NCBI GenBank assembly: GCA_007120085.1 | Contig: SKOK01000019.1 | Span: forward strand, 1 to 44,057 | Length of the DNA stretch: 44,057 nucleotides | Direction: 5' to 3' | From: Bacteroidales bacterium | GTDB taxonomy: Bacteria; Bacteroidota; Bacteroidia; Bacteroidales; UBA7960 | Shown here: piece after piece, positions 25,148-33,774 of the stretch | How positions within the stretch are numbered: the stretch's first letter is position 1 | Layout: each line of letters opens with the position of its first letter | Notes under the pieces: generated by a model | What the model was told of the DNA's origin: nothing | The model's input: the letters and a program-made list of their open reading frames with translations, nothing else | Databases searched by the model: none | Program-made: the position numbers and the translations under genes

Positions 25148-27970
25148 ATGATCAAACGCATATTATTTGTCTTCATCGCAGTGCTGATGTTGCACCCGGT
25201 GTACTCCCAGAATTTTACAGTAAAGGGCAGGCTGGTTAATCCTGAAGGAGAAGGCTTGCCAAGCTCTACTGTGCTTTTGCTCAATGCTTCAGATTCGACA
25301 ATGGTGAATTTTGGCGTAAGTGATAGGGATGGTCTCTTTGAGATCAGGAATATTGTCCGGAGCGATTATTTACTGCGGGTTTCATATGTTGGCTATGAGG
25401 TTATGAAGCTTCCGGTGGAGTTGCCTGAGGGCGACATGCTTGATTTTGGTGTGATCAGGCTTTCGGACAGGCGCACTGTGCTTGGTGAGGTTACCATTGA
25501 GGGAGAGCGAGTTTCAATGACCATACGTGGCGACACGATTGAGTATGATGCGCTCGCTTTTGGTGTGCAACCACACGAGATGGTTGAAGATCTTTTGAAG
25601 CGCCTTCCTGGTGTAGAGGTTGATCCCGATGGTACCATCAGGGCCCAGGGTGAGCAGGTAAGGAGGATGCTGGTTGACGGCCGGGAGTTTTTTGGTCGCG
25701 ATCCGCAAATGGCCACCCAAAACCTGCCGGCTGATGCTGTATCAAAGGTGCACGTGTTTGATGAAAAAAGTGAGCAAGCCCGTTTTACAGGTATTGATGA
25801 TGGTGAGCGCGAAAGAACCATGAACCTCGAATTAAAGGAGGAGTTCAGGCAAGGGATGTTTGGCAACACGACACTTGGTTATGGACCTGATGATAAATTC
25901 CAGGGGCACACAAACATAAATCGTTTTGATGGGGGCAATCAGTATTCCATCCTTGGGATGGGGAATAACATCAACCGGCAGGGGTTCTCGATGGCTGATT
26001 ACGTCAACTTCAGCGGTGGCCCACAAAGCCTTATGGGAGGTGGAGGCGGTGGCACACGGGGGATGGGCGGAGGCGGTTCCACAAGCATTCCCGTAAACTT
26101 TGATGGCCGGCCGGGCACAAATGGTATCATGACTTCCTGGGCCGGAGGGGCTAACATGAACCGCAGTTTCCAAGATAAAACGGATATTAACGTCAGTTAT
26201 TTCTACAATCAGCTGAGTCACGACCTTAACCAAAACATTGAAAGAGAGAACTTTCTGCCGCAAGGCAATTACGACTATTTTCAAGATAGCTCTCAAGACA
26301 GTGAAAACCAAAACCACCGGTTGAATATGCGCCTGGATCATAAATTCAGCGATAAAAGCAGCCTGCTGCTTACTTTTGCCGGAACCCTTAACAATACGGA
26401 GTCGGAGTATTTCAGCAATAGTGAAAATTTTAGCGCTGAAGGATTGCAAAACTCTGGAATTCAAACGAGTAGCTCTGAAGGTCAAAGCCTCAACATGCAG
26501 TCGAGCCTGCTTTGGAGACAGCGATTGTCAAAACCCGGACGCACCATTTCGGCCGGCTTTGACTTCAATGCCGGGCATAATGATCGTGCTGGCAACCTTG
26601 AAGCCATCAATAGCTTTTTTCAGGAAATCACGCTGGTGGATTCAATCCTGCAGAACAATTATCTCGACAACTACAGCCGCCAGTTCAGGACAAACCTCAG
26701 TTATACGGAGCCCTTGGGAAACAGGCGTTTCCTTGAACTCAACTACCGGTTTACGATGAACGACAGTGATGCCGAACAGCAAGTGTTTGACATCATTGAG
26801 GGCCAGGAAGTAACAAACCTCCTGCTTACGAATACTTACAATAATCGCTACATATACAATCGCGCGGGATTGAACATTCTGATCAATCGCGACATGTACA
26901 ACCTCACACTCGGTGCTTATGTGCAGGCCTCTTCCCTTGACGGAGAAATATTGTGGCCCGGCAACGAATCGGGGAGTGGTGCTTCATCTGCTGAAATAGG
27001 CGAGAACTATGTTCATTTGCTACCGCTGGCACGTTTCAACTATCAGTTCAATAGTTTCAGACGCTTAACCGTCAACTATGAAACCAGCGTACAAGAACCT
27101 TCCGTCCAGCAGCTGCAACCGGTGATTGACAACCGCGACCCGCTGAATCTTTACAGGGGTAACCCGGATCTTGACCCAGCCTACAGAAACAGGCTGACCA
27201 TGAGGTTTAATTCGTTCAACCCGGTAAGTTCCTTTGGTTTCTTCGTATTTGCCACCGCCGATTATGTGATGGATGCCATTGCCAATGCCGTAAGCGTTGA
27301 TGAAAACCTGGTGCGGACTACCACACCTGTCAATACCCAAAGCAATCTTAACCTGATGGGGAATGTCAATGTGAACTACAGCCTTTCGCAGCTTAAGAGC
27401 CGCGTGATGCTCGGGGGCCGCGTAACACGCATGCAAAGCACGAACATCCTCAATGAAGCGGAGCAACGAATTACCAACAACATGCTTACAGGCAATGCAA
27501 GGTATAGTTTCCGGCCGGGCGACAACTTTGAATCAAATTTGTCAGCTACCATGAACTGGCAGATCACGGCTTACGAGTTCAGTACGCTTGAGCAGGCATA
27601 TCTCAATCAGACCTACGTTGCCGAAACTTCCTGGCGATTTTTGCAGCACTACCGGCTGGATGCAGGCTTGCGTTATATGATATATCAGGGTCGCACAAGC
27701 GACTTCGATCAGGAGATTCCATTGCTGGAGGTCTCATTTTCAAGGCGTTTCCTGAAGAATAACAACGGTGAGCTGAGCTTTTCAGCATATAACCTTTTGG
27801 ACAGGGAACTGGGTGTGACGCAGCGTGCTGATGCAAACTTCCTGGAGCAGCAGGTCACCAACTCCCTCGGCAGATATTTTTTATTGAGCTTCACTTATTC
27901 GCTCAACCGGCACCTGAATGCAATGGATGGAATAGGCAGGGGAGGGGGTGGAAGAATGCGCATGATGTAG
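25148..27970 (+). CDS. Outer-membrane beta-barrel family protein (TonB-dependent-receptor-like) with an N-terminal CarboxypepD_reg domain
   Basis: 940 aa with a signal peptide and a CarboxypepD_reg-like start (FTVKGRLVNPEGEGLPSSTVLLLN...). A plug-like segment (LKRLPGVEVDPDGTIRAQGE) and a long beta-strand-rich C-terminus with aromatic-rich alternating pattern follow. There are glycine-rich inserts. Confidence 0.75.
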   Translation: MIKRILFVFIAVLMLHPVYSQNFTVKGRLVNPEGEGLPSSTVLLLNASDSTMVNFGVSDRDGLFEIRNIVRSDYLLRVSYVGYEVMKLPVELPEGDMLDFGVIRLSDRRTVLGEVTIEGERVSMTIRGDTIEYDALAFGVQPHEMVEDLLKRLPGVEVDPDGTIRAQGEQVRRMLVDGREFFGRDPQMATQNLPADAVSKVHVFDEKSEQARFTGIDDGERERTMNLELKEEFRQGMFGNTTLGYGPDDKFQGHTNINRFDGGNQYSILGMGNNINRQGFSMADYVNFSGGPQSLMGGGGGGTRGMGGGGSTSIPVNFDGRPGTNGIMTSWAGGANMNRSFQDKTDINVSYFYNQLSHDLNQNIERENFLPQGNYDYFQDSSQDSENQNHRLNMRLDHKFSDKSSLLLTFAGTLNNTESEYFSNSENFSAEGLQNSGIQTSSSEGQSLNMQSSLLWRQRLSKPGRTISAGFDFNAGHNDRAGNLEAINSFFQEITLVDSILQNNYLDNYSRQFRTNLSYTEPLGNRRFLELNYRFTMNDSDAEQQVFDIIEGQEVTNLLLTNTYNNRYIYNRAGLNILINRDMYNLTLGAYVQASSLDGEILWPGNESGSGASSAEIGENYVHLLPLARFNYQFNSFRRLTVNYETSVQEPSVQQLQPVIDNRDPLNLYRGNPDLDPAYRNRLTMRFNSFNPVSSFGFFVFATADYVMDAIANAVSVDENLVRTTTPVNTQSNLNLMGNVNVNYSLSQLKSRVMLGGRVTRMQSTNILNEAEQRITNNMLTGNARYSFRPGDNFESNLSATMNWQITAYEFSTLEQAYLNQTYVAETSWRFLQHYRLDAGLRYMIYQGRTSDFDQEIPLLEVSFSRRFLKNNNGELSFSAYNLLDRELGVTQRADANFLEQQVTNSLGRYFLLSFTYSLNRHLNAMDGIGRGGGGRMRMM

Positions 27971-28045
27971 TTGAACCCAATCAGCTAAGAACGTTCATTC
28001 CTCCGCGTTGACTCGGGTTGACTCACAATGCACCCTTCAACCTCA

Positions 28046-29539
28046 TTAACGTATGACCCGCATACTCTTATCGAAGCGGATGTTGCCCGGAAAACTTCTT
28101 TGTTTATCCAGTGAGAGCCATACAAACATGGCCCGCCCTACGATATGGTCTTCAGGGACAAATCCCCAGAAGCGCGAGTCGGCAGAGTTGTGGCGATTGT
28201 CGCCAATCATCCAGTAGTAGTCCATCTTAAAGGTATAAGAACTGGCTTCTTCACCGTTAATGAATATCCTGTCGTTTTCAACGGTAAGCTCATTGCCTTC
28301 ATAAACCTCAATGACCCTGTTATAAAGTACGATGTTTTCCGGGGTGATGTCAATGGTGGCACCCTTAGCGGGGATGTACAGCGGGCCGAAGTTATCCTCA
28401 TTCCATGGATAATCGGGGTGATGCGGAAAGATATGCCTTTCACCCTGGTTGAGGGGACGCATGGTCCTTTCAACAATAGTTATGTTAGAGATGTTTTTTA
28501 GTTCGCTTGCCGCTTCGGCAGTCATGGCCAGCATATAGCGTCCAGGACCAGCCTGTCCCCAATCTGTTACATTTAATCTGTTGAGTGCCCGTTGAGAGAT
28601 TGGCGTCCCGTCAGTGGTTACGCGGTAATTATGTTGTACATCGGGGGCATCTGCAAGTGGTTCTCCATTGATGAATATCTCACCGTCGCGCATCAGGAAG
28701 GTGTCGCCAGGAATACCTACACAACGTTTGATGTAGTTTTCGCGTTTGTCAACCGGCCTCGCCGTGATGTCATAATTGCGCCAGATGGCATCCCGTCCGT
28801 ATTCCCGGATGAGTGTATAATAACTCTGGTTTTGCAATTGCAGGGCAACAGTGTCGCCTTCAGGGTAGTTGAATACCACATTGTCATTGTGGCCTACACT
28901 GCGAATGCCCGGGTAACGATAGTGCGGCAGTCGAATCCACTCCAGGTAGGACTTTGTGTAGTCTGTGAGCGGCAGCGTATGATGGGCAAACGGAAAGGCA
29001 ATCGGTGTTTGCGGGATTTTCGGTCCATATGCTATCTTGCTTACAAACAGGTAATCACCAACAAGAAGTGATTTCTCCATTGAAGAGGTGGGAATGGTGT
29101 ATGCTTCCAGCAGGAAAGTACGTATCAGTGTGGCTGCAATGACGGCAAAGATAATGGCGTCGGCCCATTCTCGGGCAGCAGTTTTTTTAATTTTTGGCAG
29201 TTGGGATGGATGGGTATAGGTTTCTTTTTTGGCAAAACCCAGGTATGGAATGAAAACGAAGGGCACCAGCACGCCAAGTGCCTGTTCGCCCAGCCCGTCT
29301 TTGCGGAAGCACTTCAGTGTTTCCACTACCATCAGCAGCAGTGTAAATACATTGATGAATGGCGTTAGTATGAAGATATACCACCACAATGGTTTATCTA
29401 TCAGTTTTAACCAGATGTAGAGGTTGTAGAATGGAACAATGGCCTTCCATCCTTCATAACCGGCCTTTTCAAAAATTTTCCATAAACCAGCTACGGTGGC
29501 CATTATCATTAGAATTGGCAGAATAGTGAATATGCTCAT
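28046..29539 (-). CDS. lepB: Signal peptidase I (long Bacteroidota form with an N-terminal multi-TM extension)
   Basis: 497 aa with catalytic Ser box PTSSMEKSLLVGDY, Lys box YIKRCVGIPGD, and box E GDNRHNSADSRFWGFVP. The N-terminal roughly 110 aa are membrane helices (DUF5684-like). Confidence 0.85.
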   Translation of the reverse strand: MSIFTILPILMIMATVAGLWKIFEKAGYEGWKAIVPFYNLYIWLKLIDKPLWWYIFILTPFINVFTLLLMVVETLKCFRKDGLGEQALGVLVPFVFIPYLGFAKKETYTHPSQLPKIKKTAAREWADAIIFAVIAATLIRTFLLEAYTIPTSSMEKSLLVGDYLFVSKIAYGPKIPQTPIAFPFAHHTLPLTDYTKSYLEWIRLPHYRYPGIRSVGHNDNVVFNYPEGDTVALQLQNQSYYTLIREYGRDAIWRNYDITARPVDKRENYIKRCVGIPGDTFLMRDGEIFINGEPLADAPDVQHNYRVTTDGTPISQRALNRLNVTDWGQAGPGRYMLAMTAEAASELKNISNITIVERTMRPLNQGERHIFPHHPDYPWNEDNFGPLYIPAKGATIDITPENIVLYNRVIEVYEGNELTVENDRIFINGEEASSYTFKMDYYWMIGDNRHNSADSRFWGFVPEDHIVGRAMFVWLSLDKQRSFPGNIRFDKSMRVIR

Positions 29540-29562
29540 GTTTGTTTATTTTAATGGAATTG

Positions 29563-30291
29563 TCAGATATTCAAGAGGTCATGCATGTTAAAAACCCCTT
29601 TTTTGTTTTGTAACCATTCGGCTGCAATCAAAGCCCCTTCGGCAAAGCCGCTTCTGTTGTGTGCTGTGTGTTTTATTTCGATGCTGTCAATCACCGATTC
29701 ATAAGTAACGGCATGTGTACCGGTGATGTTTTCAATGCGGTATGATTTTATGGGCAATGTGTTGGCCGGCAGGTCTGTGGAGGCATCTCCCCATTTGGTT
29801 AAACCGGGTCGTGCCGTAATGATGTCGTTGGCCAATGTAATGGCTGTGCCGCTGGGTGCATCCATCTTTTCTGTATGATGTGTTTCCATGATGCGGGGCC
29901 GGTAACCATCCAATTCAGATAACATGTTGGCCAGCTGGCTGTTTAGTTTAAAGAAGAAATTGACCCCAATGCTGAAATTTGATGCCCAGAAAAGGCTTTG
30001 GTTTTTTTGATGGCAGATGCGCGAAATATTGGGCAACTCATTAAGCCATCCTGTTGTTCCACAAACCACAGGAATATCGGCTTCGAAACACTTTATGATA
30101 TTTTTCGGTGCCACATCGGGGGTTGTAAATTCAATGGCTACATCACAGCTGGTGAGCTTGTCGGCAAACTGCTCCCAATGGTCTTCATTATCAATGATCA
30201 GCGCAATTTGATGACCACGGGCAATGGCAGTTTTTTCTACCTCCTTGCCCATTTTTCCATATCCTATAAGTGCAATTCTGAGATGGTTCAT
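29563..30291 (-). CDS. dapB: 4-hydroxy-tetrahydrodipicolinate reductase
   Basis: Has the NAD-binding start MNHLRIALIGYGKMGKEV and the signature ETHHTEKMDAPSGTA. ATG 30291 is preferred over the track start at 30321. Confidence 0.9.
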   Translation of the reverse strand: MNHLRIALIGYGKMGKEVEKTAIARGHQIALIIDNEDHWEQFADKLTSCDVAIEFTTPDVAPKNIIKCFEADIPVVCGTTGWLNELPNISRICHQKNQSLFWASNFSIGVNFFFKLNSQLANMLSELDGYRPRIMETHHTEKMDAPSGTAITLANDIITARPGLTKWGDASTDLPANTLPIKSYRIENITGTHAVTYESVIDSIEIKHTAHNRSGFAEGALIAAEWLQNKKGVFNMHDLLNI

Positions 30292-30293
30292 AG

Positions 30294-30314
30294 TTTGTGG
30301 TTGCTGGTTGAGAC
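30294..30314 (+). repeat. Short period-7 array (GTTTGTG GTTGCTG GTTGAGA) abutting the dapB start codon
   Basis: Direct reading. It has the same G/T-rich 7-nt phase as the larger arrays and runs into the palindrome at 30311. Confidence 0.5.
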
Positions 30315-30330
30315 AAGGCATGCCTTGTCT
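30311..30330. repeat. Perfect 20-nt palindrome AGACAAGGCATGCCTTGTCT
   Basis: Direct reading. It lies 20 nt upstream of the dapB ATG and 79 nt downstream of the DUF5683 gene stop. Confidence 0.85.
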
Positions 30331-30408
30331 GTACGTTCAATCAGGATTTATGCTTCTTTTTCTTTCTTCATTCATTGAGTTGCGCAATGCCGAACCCCTG
30401 GTTTGGTT

Positions 30409-31029
30409 TTAAAATCTTAATGTAAAGCTGATTTCTGCTGTGTGCCGGCTGCTTAACTGGTCGAGTGTTGCCGGTGTTCTTACGGGTTTTAAGCCGAGGC
30501 TAAGCCTTTCTCCTACGTCAAAGTCCATAAGGTGTGCATCCACGCTGGCATCCAGTATGTTGAGCAGGTAAAGCCCTGCTGCCAGCATGTATGTGATCTC
30601 GAGGTTGCGCCTGTAATAATTCATTGCTCTTTCCAAAACATCTGTTGAGTGCAGAGGGAAGTCATCGATGGTGTTTGGGTTGCCATCGACCCGTGCCAGC
30701 CAGGCGCGGCGCCACTTCCGGTAGTTGCTGTTGTTGAAGTCAACAAAATATGCCAGTGTTCCGAATCCGGCATAGATGATTGGTACTTTCCAGTACTTGC
30801 GATTATAAACCTGCCCCAACCCTGGTAGCGTTGCAGATAACATGGCAGCCCTGGCAGGTGAAGGTATGAATATCTGCTCCTGATCAATCACAGTATTTCT
30901 CAGTGGTGAGGTGTTTTGTGCAATGGTGTTGCCCTGTGTGATGATGCAGCAACCAATGAAGGCGCAAATAAACAGAACTGGACGCCTGCAGAAGGCTTTT
31001 GCCGGCATGTTCCTTAAAAGTGCGATCAT
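30409..31029 (-). CDS. DUF5683-like membrane protein (conserved between parB and dapB in Bacteroidota)
   Basis: 206 aa. It has the motif LSATLPGLGQVYNRKYWKVPIIYAGFG and the conserved position downstream of parAB. Confidence 0.65.
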   Translation of the reverse strand: MIALLRNMPAKAFCRRPVLFICAFIGCCIITQGNTIAQNTSPLRNTVIDQEQIFIPSPARAAMLSATLPGLGQVYNRKYWKVPIIYAGFGTLAYFVDFNNSNYRKWRRAWLARVDGNPNTIDDFPLHSTDVLERAMNYYRRNLEITYMLAAGLYLLNILDASVDAHLMDFDVGERLSLGLKPVRTPATLDQLSSRHTAEISFTLRF

Positions 31030-31060
31030 TGGAGTTTGTTTTTCAGTAACGGTAGTTCCG

Positions 31061-31975
31061 TTATTCTTCTTTTTTCAGGATGGCTGCCAGCCTGTTCAGT
31101 TCCTCATCGGAGCTGAATTTTATAACAATGCTTCCTTTGCCATCACCTTTGCTTTTTATCTGCACGCTTGTATTGAAACTGCTTTCAAGTTCATTTTGCA
31201 GTTCCTGGTACTCCTTTTTTATTTTGGATGCGGATGATTTTTGATCTGGACGACTGGGTTTTTCTTTGTGCTTTTCAGCAATAATCCGGATGATCTCTTC
31301 TACTTCCCTTACTGAAAGCTCTTGTGCCAGGATGTCGTTGAACAGGTCGAGTTGCGTCTGGACATCCTCGAGGGCTAGCAAGGCCTTGGCGTGTCCGGTG
31401 CTGATTTGTTCCTGGCGCAGGCCTATTTGAATGGTTCCCGGCAGTTTAAGCAGTCGCAGGGTATTGGCAATGGAGGAGCGACTTTTTCCAATTTTTTCAC
31501 TTAGGACTTCTTGTGTGATGCTGTTGTTTTCGAGCAGCTGTTTGTATCCCAGCGCGATTTCAATAGGGTTTAGGTTTTCGCGTTGTATGTTTTCTACGAT
31601 GGCCATCTCAAGCATCGCCCCTTCATCGGCAGCGATGATGTATGCAGGGATATCGCTGAGACCGGCCATTCTGGTGGCCTTTAGCCTTCTTTCCCCGGCG
31701 ATGAGTTGCAGTTTGTTGTCATTGGTCTTTCTGAGCGTGATGGGTTGAATGACTCCTTGTTCCTTAATGGAAGCGGCCAGGTCGTTAAGTGCTTCTTCAT
31801 CAAAATCAGTACGTGGCTGAAATGGATTTAGCTCAATGATGTTGAGGGGCACCTTGCCAACTGTCCCTACTGGCAACAGGTCCTTTTCAACATCATAAAT
31901 GGGTTGCTGTTCAATGCCACTGCTGTCCAGCAAGGCACCCAGCCCTTTCCCCAAAGCACGTTTTTTGGCACTCAT
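31061..31975 (-). CDS. parB: Chromosome partitioning protein ParB (Spo0J)
   Basis: 304 aa with ParB box GVIQPITLRK...LIAGERRLKA, the HTH region, and IVENIQRENLNPIE. Confidence 0.9.
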   Translation of the reverse strand: MSAKKRALGKGLGALLDSSGIEQQPIYDVEKDLLPVGTVGKVPLNIIELNPFQPRTDFDEEALNDLAASIKEQGVIQPITLRKTNDNKLQLIAGERRLKATRMAGLSDIPAYIIAADEGAMLEMAIVENIQRENLNPIEIALGYKQLLENNSITQEVLSEKIGKSRSSIANTLRLLKLPGTIQIGLRQEQISTGHAKALLALEDVQTQLDLFNDILAQELSVREVEEIIRIIAEKHKEKPSRPDQKSSASKIKKEYQELQNELESSFNTSVQIKSKGDGKGSIVIKFSSDEELNRLAAILKKEE

Positions 31976-31979
31976 TGTT

Positions 31980-32783
31980 TTATATGTTTATCTTTTTGTC
32001 TTTTTCGCTGACCTTTGTCATTCCATTCTTCTGGAGGATCTCCCTGGCAAGGTTCAGGTGATTGATTGAACCCCTGCTTTGGGCATCATGCATAATGATG
32101 GTTTCTCCAAAGCTTGGTGCCTCGCCGAGCTTTATGTTCCTGTAAACAATGGTATCAAACACCATATCCTGGAAATGCATCCTTACCTCTTCAACGACTT
32201 GGTTGGCAAGTCTGAGCCTGGAGTCATACATGGTTAGCAAGATGCCTTCAATTTCGAGCTTAGGGTTTAAACGCGACTGTACGATTTTGATGGTATTCAA
32301 CAGTTTGCCCAGTCCTTCAAGTGCAAAGTATTCGCATTGTACGGGTATGATCACGGAGTCGGCTGCAGTGAGCGCATTTACGGTCACAAGTCCCAGGGAT
32401 GGTGAGCAGTCTATGAGTACAAAGTCATAATCCTCTTTAATATCATCAATCACCTTGCGCATCATCATCTCTCTGTTAGGGAGGTTGATCATTTCAATTT
32501 CCGCGCCAACCAGGTCAATATGAGCCGGGATGAGGTGCAGGTGTGGGGTAGATGTTTCAATTACGATCTGTCTTGGAGGAACCTCATCAATGATGCACTC
32601 GTAGATGCTGGTCTTGACGTGTTTGGGATCAACACCTACCCCTGAAGTGGCATTTGCCTGGGGATCAGCATCAATCAGCAGGGTTTTATGCTCAAGTACA
32701 GCCAGGCCGGCAGCCAGGTTGATGGCAGTAGTGGTTTTGCCGACCCCCCCTTTTTGATTGGCAATTGCGATTACTTTGCTCAT
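31980..32783 (-). CDS. parA: Chromosome partitioning ATPase ParA (Soj)
   Basis: Has the deviant Walker A (VIAIANQKGGVGKTTTAINLA) and VLIDCSPSLG. ATG 32783 is preferred over the track start at 32861. Confidence 0.9.
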   Translation of the reverse strand: MSKVIAIANQKGGVGKTTTAINLAAGLAVLEHKTLLIDADPQANATSGVGVDPKHVKTSIYECIIDEVPPRQIVIETSTPHLHLIPAHIDLVGAEIEMINLPNREMMMRKVIDDIKEDYDFVLIDCSPSLGLVTVNALTAADSVIIPVQCEYFALEGLGKLLNTIKIVQSRLNPKLEIEGILLTMYDSRLRLANQVVEEVRMHFQDMVFDTIVYRNIKLGEAPSFGETIIMHDAQSRGSINHLNLAREILQKNGMTKVSEKDKKINI

Positions 32784-32948
32784 ATCTACTATAACGGTTG
32801 CAATTTGGATTTCGTACTCAACAGGCAAATGATGCACAAGACATAAAAGCAAGAGCGTCATTTGCAGGATGCAAATTTACGATTTCTGTTTGCTATCTGC
32901 CTAAAAATATTCCTCAAAAGCCCTGAATAAGTTCTATGTGTTTCTATA

Positions 32949-33746
32949 TCAGGGTAGTTGCTCTTGTGTCCAGTCAATTTCTGACCCAAACATGCTATGC
33001 GGGATCAGGTAAATCAAAAACAAAACGATGGATGCAACGATCACCCATGTCCGGTGGTGATGGTTCTGCCGGGCTTTCACAAATGCGATGATCCAGAAAA
33101 TGAGTGCAAATGCTGTTTTGTTATCGGTGAGGTCGGTTCCGAAAGGCCAGCCCGTCCACCAGTCGCCGAAAGCATATTTCTGGATGATGGGGCCAAATAC
33201 CAGGCCACCAAGCACAAAGGTAAGGAGTGTCCACAGTGCCAGTTTATATGTTTTATGTCCGGCAAGTGCAGCCAATCCTGTCCGGCTGCTCAGCAGCATG
33301 GCCATGAACATGAGCAAAATGTGCGGGATCATTGCCCATGCAGGCACGTCATTGCGAAACCTGATCACAATGGGCTCTTCGGATAGTTTTACTTTTTCAT
33401 CACCTTTCTCAAGCACGATCTGGTACATGATCTTGCCCGCCGCAGGTTGTTGTGGGATATAAGCGATGAGGTGTTCGTCGCTGCGAACCAGGGGTTTTGT
33501 GCTCCAGTCATCATGGCTGGGATAGCGCTTAAACATGAAATACCCTGTAATTTCCTGATCTTCCACTACCACCCTGACAGGTGCGTCCATGGGCCTGGGA
33601 AAGGACCGGATAAGGCGGTATGAGATTTCAGTGCCACTGATTTCCACGCTTCCGCGATATGGATGGGTGGGGCCAGTCATGCGCTGGTATATTGCACTCG
33701 ATAATGTGATCACTATTGCAATGATCCAGAATAAGACTTTCTTCAT
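32949..33746 (-). CDS. Hypothetical integral membrane protein
   Basis: 265 aa with an N-terminal TM helix, a roughly 110-aa soluble beta-rich segment, then 4 TM helices. It lies 28 nt downstream of the GH3/beta-lactamase gene on the same strand. No family recognised. Confidence 0.5.
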   Translation of the reverse strand: MKKVLFWIIAIVITLSSAIYQRMTGPTHPYRGSVEISGTEISYRLIRSFPRPMDAPVRVVVEDQEITGYFMFKRYPSHDDWSTKPLVRSDEHLIAYIPQQPAAGKIMYQIVLEKGDEKVKLSEEPIVIRFRNDVPAWAMIPHILLMFMAMLLSSRTGLAALAGHKTYKLALWTLLTFVLGGLVFGPIIQKYAFGDWWTGWPFGTDLTDNKTAFALIFWIIAFVKARQNHHHRTWVIVASIVLFLIYLIPHSMFGSEIDWTQEQLP

Positions 33747-33774
33747 CGTTTAAATTGATTTAATGTGTTTATAT

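Noticed and set aside
27971-28045. Possible degenerate heptamer array after the lepB stop (minus strand TGAGGTT GAAGGGT GCATTGT...) and a direct repeat GTTGACTC-GGG-GTTGACTC
   Set aside because: Only about 3 units keep the 7-nt phase and the shared core motif is absent. This is too weak to call a family member, though it could be re-examined once a genome-wide model exists.
32784-32948. Looked for a parS site (TGTTNCACGTGNAACA type) near parAB and elsewhere
   Set aside because: No match was found by eye. The only nearby palindrome is ATTTGCA-GGA-TGCAAAT (about 32860-32876), which does not resemble parS. CACGTG-containing sites at about 6370 and about 25750 are not palindromic beyond the core.
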